Sequence record: KP869102
DNA from: Escherichia coli O157 typing phage 4
Length of the DNA: 64,000 nt
Reading direction: 5' to 3' (one strand)
In this document: one piece after another, positions 1 through 9,729 of the stretch
How the letters are laid out: each line of letters begins with the position of its first letter
Numbering within the stretch: the first letter of the stretch is position 1
Position numbers and translations under genes: made by a program
Notes under the pieces: model-generated
Told to the model about the DNA's origin: nothing
The model's database searches: none
What the model saw: the letters and a program-made list of their open reading frames with translations, nothing else

Positions 1-893
1 TGAGCATACTCTTTCTTAAGCTCAATGGTGACTACGTGCAGTGTTTTAGCCACGCCCAGTGGGTCGTCTACCTTAAACCCGCGATCCAGGATGATCTGCA
101 ACGCATTGATGCTATGCCCCGTTTCCACACCGATAGGGTCGTAAGAGGATTTACGCTTGCCACCAGAGCCTTGAGTGCCGTTCTCTGCCTTAGGAGGATA
201 GGCCTTGAAACCACTGATAATGTTTCCGGTGTCTTTGTCAACAATGGCTGCAACACGACCACCTACCACCAGGTCTTTAAGCTGCTCATCAGTTACAACC
301 ATAGCACCTTCGCCAATCTTGTGGTCATTAACAGTAACCACGTTGCCAACAATCTGAGTCACATCACCATAGATGCGTAAAACGTCCTGATTGGCATTCT
401 GCTGAGGTTTCTGCTTCTGGCCTTGTGATTGTGCACCTTGTTGCTGTTTTTGCTGCTGAGTCGCTGCTGGAGCCTCTCCTACACCCAGCTTAACCATCTT
501 AGCCAGTGAGCCTTTGTAATAGGTCTTACCGTTATGCTCGTTTGCCTTCAAAGGAATATTTACGATCCATCCTGGCGTTACGGTTTCCCACTTGTCATCA
601 ATCTTAACAGAGACAGAGTCTTGATGCCCCGGTTTAAGCAGCTTATCACCCATGCTGATCCAGACTTCTTCACCGCCTTGAAGCAGGTTATCAGAGGAAT
701 CCAGTTCAGAAATCAGTAAAGAGATAGTGTGGCTGGATTCAATTTTCTTACCTTGCCACACGGTGGTTTTAATACCTGTTGCAGGATCAGCCCCTTTAAT
801 AGGTTTAATGCTAACACGCTTGATCATGCCGTGAGCCAGTAAAACAGTTTCACGCGGATTCATCGGGTTAGCGAATTGTTGAATAACGCTCAT
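1..893 (-). CDS. hypothetical protein with Gln-rich linker, C-terminus outside window; possible replication-associated DNA-binding protein
   Basis: Manual minus-strand translation from ATG at 893-891 (RBS AAGGAGA upstream) stays open to position 1; absent from ORF track because no stop lies in the window; heads the replication block. Confidence 0.5.
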   Translation of the reverse strand, partial: MSVIQQFANPMNPRETVLLAHGMIKRVSIKPIKGADPATGIKTTVWQGKKIESSHTISLLISELDSSDNLLQGGEEVWISMGDKLLKPGHQDSVSVKIDDKWETVTPGWIVNIPLKANEHNGKTYYKGSLAKMVKLGVGEAPAATQQQKQQQGAQSQGQKQKPQQNANQDVLRIYGDVTQIVGNVVTVNDHKIGEGAMVVTDEQLKDLVVGGRVAAIVDKDTGNIISGFKAYPPKAENGTQGSGGKRKSSYDPIGVETGHSINALQIILDRGFKVDDPLGVAKTLHVVTIELKKEYA

Positions 894-1258
894 TATTTGT
901 CTCCTTGTTCTTCGTTAGTGTTTGCCGTGTGTGCAAACCCTGCTTGAATTAATTTGTCCTGAACTTGAGCCAACAGGCCCATTGCAAAACTTGTGGTCCC
1001 AGAGAGGGCCATCAGCATATCTCGTTGTTGAGCTACCCAACCTAAGGCATAGTCCAAACGACGATATTTTTCTTCTTCACGCAGAGCCTGAAATAATTGT
1101 TCAGCCTCCGGTTGTTGTGTGAGCTCCTGAAGTCTTCCCATGAAAGAAGAAAGCACTAGCAAAAGAGACACTTGATCTTTACTTAACCCTAAGAAAAATT
1201 CTTGAGGTTGTTCTTGCTCGTTCATCGCAACCGACTCTTGATCGTTCATTTGTTCCAT
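893..1258 (-). CDS. hypothetical acidic protein
   Basis: ORF track 121 aa; GGAGA RBS upstream; stop overlaps downstream start. Confidence 0.5.
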   Translation of the reverse strand: MEQMNDQESVAMNEQEQPQEFFLGLSKDQVSLLLVLSSFMGRLQELTQQPEAEQLFQALREEEKYRRLDYALGWVAQQRDMLMALSGTTSFAMGLLAQVQDKLIQAGFAHTANTNEEQGDK

Positions 1259-1341
1259 TATGGAATCTCCGATTTTATTTGAACAACATAGAAGGAGACA
1301 CTATTTTAGCATCCCCTTCTGTAAATTACAATAGGTATTTG

Positions 1342-1587
1342 TTAGCCAATCACTTCGAAAGTTCCCCAATTCCCGTCCAGCAGGCAGGTGATCGGATCCC
1401 CATCGTCGTCAAAGATTTCAAAGTTTTCAGCATCCAGGATGTGGCCCTCGAACACAATACTTTCGTCGCCACCACCAGAGATAACAGCGTATTCCTTACC
1501 TTGAGTCAAGTTTTGACACCCTTTGCCACCAAAACCTACTTCAACACAACGTACTTTCTGTCCTGCGCGAGCAACTACTTCAGTCAT
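1342..1587 (-). CDS. hypothetical small protein (DDDGD motif family)
   Basis: ORF track 81 aa; AGGAGA RBS upstream of ATG. Confidence 0.5.
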   Translation of the reverse strand: MTEVVARAGQKVRCVEVGFGGKGCQNLTQGKEYAVISGGGDESIVFEGHILDAENFEIFDDDGDPITCLLDGNWGTFEVIG

Positions 1588-1604
1588 CTTAAGGTCTCCT
1601 GATA

Positions 1605-1925
1605 TTAATCGTCAAGTTCAAAATAGATTTTAACAGCTTCATCGAAGATTGGAATCCCGATGTTGTTGATAAGCTGCCAAACTACCATATCTTTACCTGG
1701 ATCTGGGAGAATGTCAACCTTTCTCCATGCGCTGTATACCCAGTTCGGACCGCCTTCTGCACTAACTGGCAGATTTTCACCAGCCTCCTGTAGATACTTA
1801 TACAGCAAAAGATATTCTGGATACTCCAGAACACTGTCCTCTGTAGTATATAGCAGTTCACGGTATACTTTTAAGAACCCTGCTGGGGTGATGTTTTCAG
1901 TCTTCATTTGCTGCTTCTCCTGCAT
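1605..1925 (-). CDS. hypothetical protein
   Basis: ORF track 106 aa; internal ATG at 1907 has a better RBS (AGGAGAA) and may be the true start. Confidence 0.5.
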   Translation of the reverse strand: MQEKQQMKTENITPAGFLKVYRELLYTTEDSVLEYPEYLLLYKYLQEAGENLPVSAEGGPNWVYSAWRKVDILPDPGKDMVVWQLINNIGIPIFDEAVKIYFELDD

Positions 1926-2286
1926 TCATCAGATCTGCCATAGCGTCACCCACGAAGAGAACAACCACATCGTTTACCGCGTCAGCATCATCTTTGTTGA
2001 CGTTGCTGAATTTAGGACACACAGCAATAATCATATAGACACCGTTACCCACCTGAACTGTCCGTGTGGTGCACATCATGGCGGTATTTGTGCCTTCTTT
2101 GAAGGCGAAGCCTTGAAGACGCTCCTCTAGAGTGTTACCGGTAGACTTCAGAAGCGCCAGCTCGTCCAAGGCATAGATGATATCTCCGGAAGTTAGTGTT
2201 GCCTTGCCATCAGACACCATAATCACTTCATCAGCACCGTCAAGCTTAGAGGCTTCAAAGATATCAATATCCCAAATATTTTTCAT
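1897..2286 (-). CDS. hypothetical protein
   Basis: ORF track 129 aa; tightly packed in minus-strand operon. Confidence 0.5.
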   Translation of the reverse strand: MKNIWDIDIFEASKLDGADEVIMVSDGKATLTSGDIIYALDELALLKSTGNTLEERLQGFAFKEGTNTAMMCTTRTVQVGNGVYMIIAVCPKFSNVNKDDADAVNDVVVLFVGDAMADLMNAGEAANED

Positions 2287-2618
2287 TACGCTTCCTCGTC
2301 GTCTAAGTAATCATCAAGAGAGGTGAAGATTTCACCGAAGTATTCTAAGATTTCTAGCTCACGTGTGGTGCAGCAAACATAATCGCCTTGGTCGTCCTTA
2401 ATAGTGGCCTCTTTACCCAGAATATCTACTTCAAGTTCATCGTTCAACAGGACGGCCCCTGTGTAAACTTTGTCAGCTGTGCAGTCCCGAAAAGCAGAGT
2501 CCTTCTCCAGATAGTCTGGCTTAACCTTGGCTTTAATTCGTTGGTATTGTTTGGTCATTGTTGTGGTCCCCTTTCGTTTTGATAGGACCATTGTATTAGG
2601 TCCTATCGCTGTTGTCAA
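2286..2618 (-). CDS. hypothetical small protein, paralog of 2622-2876
   Basis: ORF track 110 aa; shares AFRDCT and KDDxGD motifs with the neighbouring ORF. Confidence 0.5.
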   Translation of the reverse strand: MTTAIGPNTMVLSKRKGTTTMTKQYQRIKAKVKPDYLEKDSAFRDCTADKVYTGAVLLNDELEVDILGKEATIKDDQGDYVCCTTRELEILEYFGEIFTSLDDYLDDEEA

Positions 2619-2621
2619 GTA

Positions 2622-2876
2622 TTAATGTTCAGGTTTTACAAAAACGACTTCATTAACAGTGCACCAGACAGAGTCTCCTTCATCATCTTTAAAGGTAAGG
2701 CACTGTGCTGAGTTTTCCAGCTCATCGATCTCTTCTTGTGATAAAGGGGCCCCTTCTTCCAGAAGGGCTTTTACCAGAGGGTTCTCACAAAACTCTGCTT
2801 CATAAATTGCACCGACTGTGCAATCTTTAAAAGCTCGGTCATTTGCAACGCATTCTGGCTTCAAAGTAATTTTCAT
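2622..2876 (-). CDS. hypothetical small protein, paralog of 2286-2618
   Basis: ORF track 84 aa; AFKDCT and KDDEGD motifs. Confidence 0.55.
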   Translation of the reverse strand: MKITLKPECVANDRAFKDCTVGAIYEAEFCENPLVKALLEEGAPLSQEEIDELENSAQCLTFKDDEGDSVWCTVNEVVFVKPEH

Positions 2877-2952
2877 CTTGGCAGTCTCCTTAGTTATTTA
2901 AAAATCACCGATCTGTTTGTGTGAAGCATCTTATATCTAATCTTACTTCTTG

Positions 2953-3351
2953 TCAATGGCTATTTTCAATCAGCCACACAGGGTCGAGGTAAATTTGTTG
3001 GCGTGTTGCCCAATGACAAACTTCATTGTACATCTGAATCTCTTTGTCCGTCAGTTCACGAATAGGCTCATCTATACCCTCATTTTTGTGGTAATCCCAG
3101 TCGGCATCGATTTCCCACAGCCATGACTTGTTGTCACCACGCTTACGCACACAGAAGTCACCGGGACGGCCTGCCAATGCATTTAAGAACTCGTTCTCCG
3201 CTCGCTCTTGGAGAATACTAAGGAGCAAAACGTTAGAACATGACCGTAGAATATGCTTCAGCTCACAATCATCAATCTCAACTTCAATACGTTGTTTGAC
3301 TGTGTGGGTACCTTTTACTAACATCCTACCTCCTCTAAACGAACTCTGCAA
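2953..3351 (-). CDS. hypothetical protein
   Basis: ORF track 132 aa. Confidence 0.5.
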   Translation of the reverse strand: MQSSFRGGRMLVKGTHTVKQRIEVEIDDCELKHILRSCSNVLLLSILQERAENEFLNALAGRPGDFCVRKRGDNKSWLWEIDADWDYHKNEGIDEPIRELTDKEIQMYNEVCHWATRQQIYLDPVWLIENSH

Positions 3352-3529
3352 GGGTTGTGTTGTTCACTGCACCGCAGTAAATGGAGTATCCCAGCCCATT
3401 AGAGTGCAGAAACCACGGCGTGCCGAAATTATCTTTCACGTAGACATCACCGTTGCTTGTAAAGGGCCAATATTCTTCACCAAGGGTGAAATACCTACTC
3501 ATACCCTCAGCCAGATACTTTACTTTCAT
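3335..3529 (-). CDS. hypothetical small protein (paralog family with 3526-3753 and 3750-4124)
   Basis: ORF track 64 aa; shared G..W[FY][IL] and LA[EK]FV motifs. Confidence 0.45.
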   Translation of the reverse strand: MKVKYLAEGMSRYFTLGEEYWPFTSNGDVYVKDNFGTPWFLHSNGLGYSIYCGAVNNTTLAEFV

Positions 3530-3753
3530 AGGCCCTCTTCAACAGCTACAAACTTGGCAAGCAGGGTGGTTCCGTAGATATGATACTCACCGTTTGCCAG
3601 ATGGGAGATAAACCAGGCAATCCCTTCCTCGTCTTTAATCATCTTGTTTGCACGATTTTTATCGTAATAAACCTCGTAGGTCTTTCCTTCTTTAAAGAAT
3701 GACAGGTCTGTCATCTTTTCTTCTACAAAAGTAGCTTTAACCAAAGTTGTCAT
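3526..3753 (-). CDS. hypothetical small protein (paralog family)
   Basis: ORF track 75 aa; KDEEGIAWFI motif. Confidence 0.5.
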   Translation of the reverse strand: MTTLVKATFVEEKMTDLSFFKEGKTYEVYYDKNRANKMIKDEEGIAWFISHLANGEYHIYGTTLLAKFVAVEEGL

Positions 3754-4124
3754 TGATCGGTCTCCTTCTTGTTAAGTCTGAATACTGCAATAATAGCATT
3801 CCCAAGGTGCAGTGTCAAATCATTTCCAAGATACCACAACATTCCACGGTCATCTTTAATGAAAGGGTAACAATCTGGTGCCTTCCAGACATTGTACACT
3901 TTCCCAACCTGAAAGAAATCAGGCCCTGTTGGGATTTTGGTGCCAGGCCACACTTGGGATACCTGAACACACTCCACCTGCATAATAACAGGAATAGTCA
4001 TGGATGTAAATGTTTTTGTTGGTTCTACTACCATAAAAGTCTCCTCTTTGCTTAACAGCACCTCCCTGTGCTGATAGTTTACATTAGTGACAATCACCCC
4101 AGTTACGACCACACAAGTATTCAC
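3750..4124 (-). CDS. hypothetical protein (paralog family)
   Basis: ORF track 124 aa; KDDRGMLWYL motif. Confidence 0.5.
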   Translation of the reverse strand: MNTCVVVTGVIVTNVNYQHREVLLSKEETFMVVEPTKTFTSMTIPVIMQVECVQVSQVWPGTKIPTGPDFFQVGKVYNVWKAPDCYPFIKDDRGMLWYLGNDLTLHLGNAIIAVFRLNKKETDQ

Positions 4125-6861
4125 CTGTGATCTGGAACGGGACTCCCATCATTTTAGAAGCTTGCCAGAAGCAATGTACCACCATCTCGCCCACAGGGCT
4201 CCAGATAAGTTCAAGCTTTCCGTCATCGTTCAGGATAGGATCGTACACCGTGTTTCCGTCTCTGTCAACCACTTCGTTTCCGTTTTCATCCTTGCGTGCC
4301 TTTTTGTACTTATGACCGTCGAACACATGAAGTTTGGCCTCCTGCTCTGCCTTAAATGCTTCCAATTCTTCAATTGTGTCGAAGGTGTACACAGTCTTAT
4401 ACTTCGGTGTGTCAGGTACTTGAAGCTGATATTCGTCATGGTAATAGATAATACGACGAACACCTTCATCGTACCACCCACGCTTCACCATTTGGTGGTG
4501 CATAAGTATCCCAACTAAGTCACACAGCGATGCACCACCATTCTGTTGGTATGCATTAAGTAAAGAGTGTTTAGATCGGGTCCAGATGGCATGACCATCA
4601 AAAGAGTAGATAAACTTCTTACCCGTTGCTTCCCAGAATTTCTCCAGATCCTCTTTACGCCCCTTAAGACCAGGGTTGGCATCCCAAAGTGCATCGATCA
4701 CCCTTTGTCCCAACTCTGGAGAGATGTCCAGCATATCTGCAACTTTATCTTTTTGTGCCCCGTACATAACCCCATACGTGATAGGTTTACCGTCGTTACG
4801 AGACACCTCTCTGCCTGCTACTTTTGTATATGCCTCAGCATTGTTTTGGTGTGCGTCCCCGTTACTTACAACATCATAATACAAGCCGTTGTCGAACTCA
4901 AAGGCACCCCAAGCCCCGATAAGCTGCTCTAAGTTGGACCCGTCAATACCGATCTCAAAGTATCCTGGAGGAACACCCCACAAGCTACGCATCTCTTTAC
5001 CCATAACCACTTTAGGAGAGGGTTTAGGCATGTTTGCACAAATACTGTGTTTCTGTCTGGAAGTGTTTGTTAATCCAGAGCTTTTAGCAGGAAGCTTATG
5101 GTCAATCTTCAAACGTGGGTGATTAAGAAGACCAGTGTCAACCTTATCCTCCTTGATTGGATCAAGTACCGATCTGCGGTTTCGCAATGATAACCATAAG
5201 ACGATATCTTTAGCCATCTCTCCGTTCAATTTTTCAAGATTCGGACACAGGTGTCCAAACGTATCTTTCAGTTGCGGAGAAGTAATAAGTGCCCTAGCTT
5301 TTCTACGTATTTTCCCGAATACTTCCTTTTTAATCCTTTCGGAGTTAGGAAAGCTTCGGAACTTGTGCACGGTTGTCTGGAACTTAGCATCAGTTTTGTT
5401 CCAGAAGTTGATAATTAGGTCACAATACTCTGACTCTAAAAGCTCGTCCATATATGCATATACTCGTGCATCAACATCTGCATCAGGTAGAGCTTTCTTC
5501 TTGCTGTCTTTAGTTACATCCTTAGTTCTCCACATTGTCGGAAGCCAACCAGCACTGATCAGGTATCGCTTAATGTCGTCCTGATTGCTGATTTTCATAG
5601 GTATCTTGCAGTCCGGCATTCGCTTCTGCTGTAGATCACTTATTGCCTGATCCATTAGCTCTTTAGGTAAAGGTTGTGGTGTGGAGGTGCCCTTAATATA
5701 ACCTCTCAAGAAATCAGCCATCTTGTCGGGGTCTTTGCAGCCCATCTCTTCGCACCATTTTATCCCCATCTTGCTGACATCTCCTGTGGAGGTAAATGCT
5801 CGCTTAGGCGGGGCTTTGAACTCTAAAGCGCTCATGTCTACAGGATAGCCAAGCTTATCTTTTAACCATTTCCAACCATTATTGGAGATTGTCCCATCTT
5901 GGTTAAACGGCTTTTCAGGGAACTTGGGCCGCTGAGACATTGACAGCTCTTTTAAAGGTAGTTGTGGTTCAACACGATCAGCTATTTCTTTCATCCACGC
6001 ATCACAACGGTCACGTAAAGCAATAGCTCCATCTATGTCAAAATACACACCCTGACGGGCCTGCAGCTCCATCAGGAAGTGCTGCAGCATGCCTCGGCGT
6101 AGTGCGTTCTTCCAGGTGATCTTCTTGAACCCTTTCGGCTTCTCTTTGGCAGGATCGTACATAAAGTTCTGCATGTCAGATTTGCCGTAGAATACACCTT
6201 TTGATTCCGCTACCAGCTCTTTCCAGAGCAGCTCCTGGATGATAACGTCCTCGAATACACGATCCACATACTTCCACAATGGAAGATCGCGCCAGTCATC
6301 AATTTGAACTTTCTGGTTACCAAGGGCGTAGCCCCATGCCATAAGGCCGTGAGGACCAACAGGCTGCATTTTCTTAGTAACCGGGTTGAATACAGAGTCC
6401 GGACAACCTTTTGGTAAAGGGCGATCAGGCCACAAGATTCGGCTCATCGCCAACGTATCAAACAGATTAACCTGGTGGTCGTTGATAGTCCCCATGCATT
6501 TAGGATCACGGAACATATCAAAATGAATACCGGATAATCTTTCCATCAGCATAAAGTCATAACTGTAGCAGTTATGGCAGTTCAAAGCTGTTGGTGACCA
6601 GTCGGAATTTCCTGTAAGCCAACCTTCCAACTCCGAAAAATCTGCTATGCGAACTTCAAAATCTTTATAAAGAGTTTTCTTTGCCAGAATAAAGTTCTTA
6701 GCCTTCTCTATATCCTCCTCGGAGTAGTGTGTGCGGTCATTTAGAGGAAGGAACAGCATAAAACGGTTCTTATTCAGCTCTTTAAACAGGCCGCAATGAT
6801 AATAAAGATCTGGGTCTTCCAAGAGCCCGGAGGCCTCCAGATCGAAGCACCAATTACTCAT
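4084..6861 (-). CDS. DNA polymerase, family A (Pol I/T7-like) with 3'-5' exonuclease domain
   Basis: 925 aa; exo motif FDLEASG; polymerase motif A-like DGSNLEQL, motif B KPITYGVMYG, motif C YYHDEYQ. Confidence 0.9.
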   Translation of the reverse strand: MSNWCFDLEASGLLEDPDLYYHCGLFKELNKNRFMLFLPLNDRTHYSEEDIEKAKNFILAKKTLYKDFEVRIADFSELEGWLTGNSDWSPTALNCHNCYSYDFMLMERLSGIHFDMFRDPKCMGTINDHQVNLFDTLAMSRILWPDRPLPKGCPDSVFNPVTKKMQPVGPHGLMAWGYALGNQKVQIDDWRDLPLWKYVDRVFEDVIIQELLWKELVAESKGVFYGKSDMQNFMYDPAKEKPKGFKKITWKNALRRGMLQHFLMELQARQGVYFDIDGAIALRDRCDAWMKEIADRVEPQLPLKELSMSQRPKFPEKPFNQDGTISNNGWKWLKDKLGYPVDMSALEFKAPPKRAFTSTGDVSKMGIKWCEEMGCKDPDKMADFLRGYIKGTSTPQPLPKELMDQAISDLQQKRMPDCKIPMKISNQDDIKRYLISAGWLPTMWRTKDVTKDSKKKALPDADVDARVYAYMDELLESEYCDLIINFWNKTDAKFQTTVHKFRSFPNSERIKKEVFGKIRRKARALITSPQLKDTFGHLCPNLEKLNGEMAKDIVLWLSLRNRRSVLDPIKEDKVDTGLLNHPRLKIDHKLPAKSSGLTNTSRQKHSICANMPKPSPKVVMGKEMRSLWGVPPGYFEIGIDGSNLEQLIGAWGAFEFDNGLYYDVVSNGDAHQNNAEAYTKVAGREVSRNDGKPITYGVMYGAQKDKVADMLDISPELGQRVIDALWDANPGLKGRKEDLEKFWEATGKKFIYSFDGHAIWTRSKHSLLNAYQQNGGASLCDLVGILMHHQMVKRGWYDEGVRRIIYYHDEYQLQVPDTPKYKTVYTFDTIEELEAFKAEQEAKLHVFDGHKYKKARKDENGNEVVDRDGNTVYDPILNDDGKLELIWSPVGEMVVHCFWQASKMMGVPFQITGEYLCGRNWGDCH

Positions 6862-7592
6862 ACTGTCTCCTCCTGTGTCTTCTCAGCATTCTTTCTTGCA
6901 GCTATTGCATCGTCCCTGTTCTTGAAATACCCAAGGCATTTCCTTTTACCATCTACATAAATTCTGGCTACCCATCTTTCATGGGTTTTATCCCAATTCA
7001 CCCCTGAGCAACCGCTGGTGTTATTATACTGCACGGCTCTTCCACTCTTGTGCGAAAAACCATTATCTTCGAAGAACTTTCTTGCCCACTCTGCCTCTTC
7101 AAAAGTTCTGTACTGGCCTAGCCAGACCCTTTCACCTACAGAGTCTGTGCCTTGAGCTACCCACGCCTCTCTTTCTTCAGAATAGTGCACCCCGACCCTG
7201 CCAGATTTGTTGTTGCTACGAGGTATCTTGCAACTTTTCTTTTTGTTATCTGTAGGTTCGAGTAGTTGCAAATTTTGAATACTGTTGTCAGCCACACCAC
7301 CTGTTTCCCTTATCTCCTTGATGTGGTCAACCTCATACCCTTCTGGTACAGGACCGTTAAACATTTCCCAGATTATAACGTGGGCACCTTTAGTGCAATG
7401 CTTTCCTAGACTAACCACAGGCCTGCCATCAGCATCTTGCCCCTTGTCAGCTCTGGAGCCTGCTGAAGTTTTAACATATCCTACACCGCTGCCTGCCAGA
7501 ATGTCTATCTTCCAAAAAAGATTTTGACCGTCATACTCCAATATTTCTGACCACAAGTGATTGGCTACACAGTGATCTCTGAACTCGTTCAT
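6858..7592 (-). CDS. HNH homing endonuclease with two AP2 DNA-binding domains
   Basis: 244 aa; HNH_3-like VIIWEMFNGPVPEGYEVDHI...NLQLL; two AP2-like repeats (GVHYSEEREAWVAQ, GVNWDKTHERWVARI); free-standing between pol and primase-helicase. Confidence 0.85.
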   Translation of the reverse strand: MNEFRDHCVANHLWSEILEYDGQNLFWKIDILAGSGVGYVKTSAGSRADKGQDADGRPVVSLGKHCTKGAHVIIWEMFNGPVPEGYEVDHIKEIRETGGVADNSIQNLQLLEPTDNKKKSCKIPRSNNKSGRVGVHYSEEREAWVAQGTDSVGERVWLGQYRTFEEAEWARKFFEDNGFSHKSGRAVQYNNTSGCSGVNWDKTHERWVARIYVDGKRKCLGYFKNRDDAIAARKNAEKTQEETV

Positions 7593-7650
7593 AAAGTGTT
7601 CTCCTTAAAGGGGAGGCGGTTGTACTACCCCTCCCACTCTTTGTTAAACA

Positions 7651-9729
7651 TTAAAAAGGTGTTTCATCATCCTCAAAACCAGGAACATGGTCAGAGGACG
7701 GATCATCGTACTGGAGGTCTTCCTGCGTGTCAACAGGCTTAACAGTAGGAGTTACAACCTTATCAGCCACAACCTTACCCATAGGTGTTTCTACAACTGC
7801 ATGCTCCTGATCCTCAAACATAGCCTGAGGTCTCCAAACAACCTCCCCACCTTCTCCATCTGTAAACATTTGCATTTCTTTGTCCCAGTACCAATTACTG
7901 GCATCATGGAACTTACCTGTATGTGGGTCCATAACCAAAGTGTCTGCAATACCTAAAGTTTTTGCTGGACGGTTTTTAAGACCTACCAGTCGGACACGCC
8001 CACGAGAACGATCCACCATTTCTTCGGCCTCGACACCTATGACTACCCAACTCAACTGTTCAAGCCCAGCCGATCCTCGCAAATTCTCTTTTCGCACAGG
8101 ATACCAGAAAGGTAACGGGTTACCATCCTTGTCCTTAGGAGGCACAATCTCTGTACGTTTGAGGTGAGCGATCACCAAGATAAACACATTGAACTGCTTA
8201 CAAAACGCAGCCAGCTGGGTCATAGCCATGTCCAGTTCTTTTCGCTCATCCTTAACATTAAGCCCCGAAATTACCATGGACAGGTGATCCAGCACAATAT
8301 AACGGCAATGGTACAGGCAAACCATTTGCTTAAGCTTGGTAATCAACTCGTCCACCGGAATAGACCCGAAATGTTTGAACACTTTGATTTTTCCAGCTTT
8401 TGCCCATGATTGGTGAATCTCTGCGTGTTCTTGATCAGTTAAAAACTGGCTAGGATCTTCAACAAACTCTTTAACATCAAACCCTAGCTGGTTTGCATAC
8501 AAGGAGTTAATTGCTTCCTCTGGGTCCTCCTCAAGATGGATCATGCATAGACGATCATCCTCTTCATAGTCATCGGCCTTCGGGCATGTCGGGTCCATCA
8601 AGTATCTTGCAATACAATGTTCCAGTTTTTTAGCTACAGTTGTTTTACCGCCCCCTGATGGCCCTGTAAGCATTACGAGTGTCCCTTTGTGCAAGCCTTT
8701 TAGCATTTTTTGCAGTTTTGGAAACTCTGCGCTGATATCTACCCCGTTGGAAGTCTTTTTCCGCAAAGATTCGATAGAGAAGTCTTCTAAATCCGACACA
8801 GCATCAGGCACATACTTAACAGGATGCCGGAACATGTTTACAATATCTTCCAGCTTTTTAGCCTTTAGCATGTCACGGATATCTTTTACACCGTCAGGAT
8901 CGTTTACCTCACCGGGGTATTCTACGTGGTAAACGTTATCAGCCATCAAAAATGCTGCGATATTGTGCGTGGCCTCAACACCTTTAATGACGTGTTTTTG
9001 CTTCTCTACCTCGTTAGCTGCATCGTTATCCATTGCCAGCACAACTGTTCCATAGCTACGGATAAACTTCTCATTGTTTGCAAAAGTATCTACTGCGTTT
9101 GCACATCCACAGTTAATTCCAACAAAAGGCAGGCATGGTTTTCCTGCCAGATCGCCACCGTTGATAACTGCATCGATCCCGTCCTGGACCTCTTTAGCCC
9201 ACTGTTTCACCTTTGCCGGGGCTTTAGCGTTGGTGAGAATCCCTTTTACTTGTATCTGATATGCAGCCTGCCATGCTGCAATAACATCACCTTCTCCCTC
9301 ACAAACGTTAATCTGCTTACGGTTGTTGGAAGATGCACACAGCTTTTGACCAAACATCTGAGAGTTAGCCTTTACTATGCCAACAACGGAGAAATGGCCT
9401 CTTTGCTCTTTAGGAATCGTCCAGTCACGCTTTTTGAAACCGGACAGATTTCCGTAGCGGTCGTAATATGGGAAATATGTTGCAGTGACTGTCACACCAT
9501 CTTCTTGGGATAATGCTGATCGCACACCAAAATATTGTGCAGCCATCAGACCGATATTTTGTTGTGGGACAGGGACAATTTTAGTATTTTCTAAAACAGT
9601 CTCTACAGTTTCAACTTCTTTTTCATCACGATAGTCTCGTTTCACACTTCCCCCACTTTTATACTTAGTTGCTTTCGGGTTTGGCTCACCGAAACGGTTG
9701 TATGCAGATGCCATAAATTTACTTCCCAT
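7651..9729 (-). CDS. bifunctional primase-helicase (T7 gp4-like: TOPRIM primase + DnaB-family helicase)
   Basis: 692 aa; TOPRIM VCEGEGD and MDNDAANE; Walker A TGPSGGGKT; Walker B IVLDHLSMV; acidic C-terminal tail ending in Phe. Confidence 0.9.
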   Translation of the reverse strand: MGSKFMASAYNRFGEPNPKATKYKSGGSVKRDYRDEKEVETVETVLENTKIVPVPQQNIGLMAAQYFGVRSALSQEDGVTVTATYFPYYDRYGNLSGFKKRDWTIPKEQRGHFSVVGIVKANSQMFGQKLCASSNNRKQINVCEGEGDVIAAWQAAYQIQVKGILTNAKAPAKVKQWAKEVQDGIDAVINGGDLAGKPCLPFVGINCGCANAVDTFANNEKFIRSYGTVVLAMDNDAANEVEKQKHVIKGVEATHNIAAFLMADNVYHVEYPGEVNDPDGVKDIRDMLKAKKLEDIVNMFRHPVKYVPDAVSDLEDFSIESLRKKTSNGVDISAEFPKLQKMLKGLHKGTLVMLTGPSGGGKTTVAKKLEHCIARYLMDPTCPKADDYEEDDRLCMIHLEEDPEEAINSLYANQLGFDVKEFVEDPSQFLTDQEHAEIHQSWAKAGKIKVFKHFGSIPVDELITKLKQMVCLYHCRYIVLDHLSMVISGLNVKDERKELDMAMTQLAAFCKQFNVFILVIAHLKRTEIVPPKDKDGNPLPFWYPVRKENLRGSAGLEQLSWVVIGVEAEEMVDRSRGRVRLVGLKNRPAKTLGIADTLVMDPHTGKFHDASNWYWDKEMQMFTDGEGGEVVWRPQAMFEDQEHAVVETPMGKVVADKVVTPTVKPVDTQEDLQYDDPSSDHVPGFEDDETPF

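Noticed and set aside
4087-4518. Plus-strand ORFs (143 aa and others at 4127, 4567, 4889, 5135) antisense to the DNA polymerase gene
   Set aside because: They lie entirely inside a motif-supported 925-aa gene on the other strand, have no RBS and low-complexity translations; they are antisense shadow ORFs.
4084-6861. Single-subunit T7-like RNA polymerase
   Set aside because: The 925-aa protein has a 3'-5' exonuclease motif and DNA-polymerase motifs A, B and C; no RNAP-like ORF is present in the window.
8926-9513. 195-aa plus-strand ORF inside the primase-helicase gene
   Set aside because: Antisense to a motif-supported gene; Cys/Ile-rich junk-like translation.
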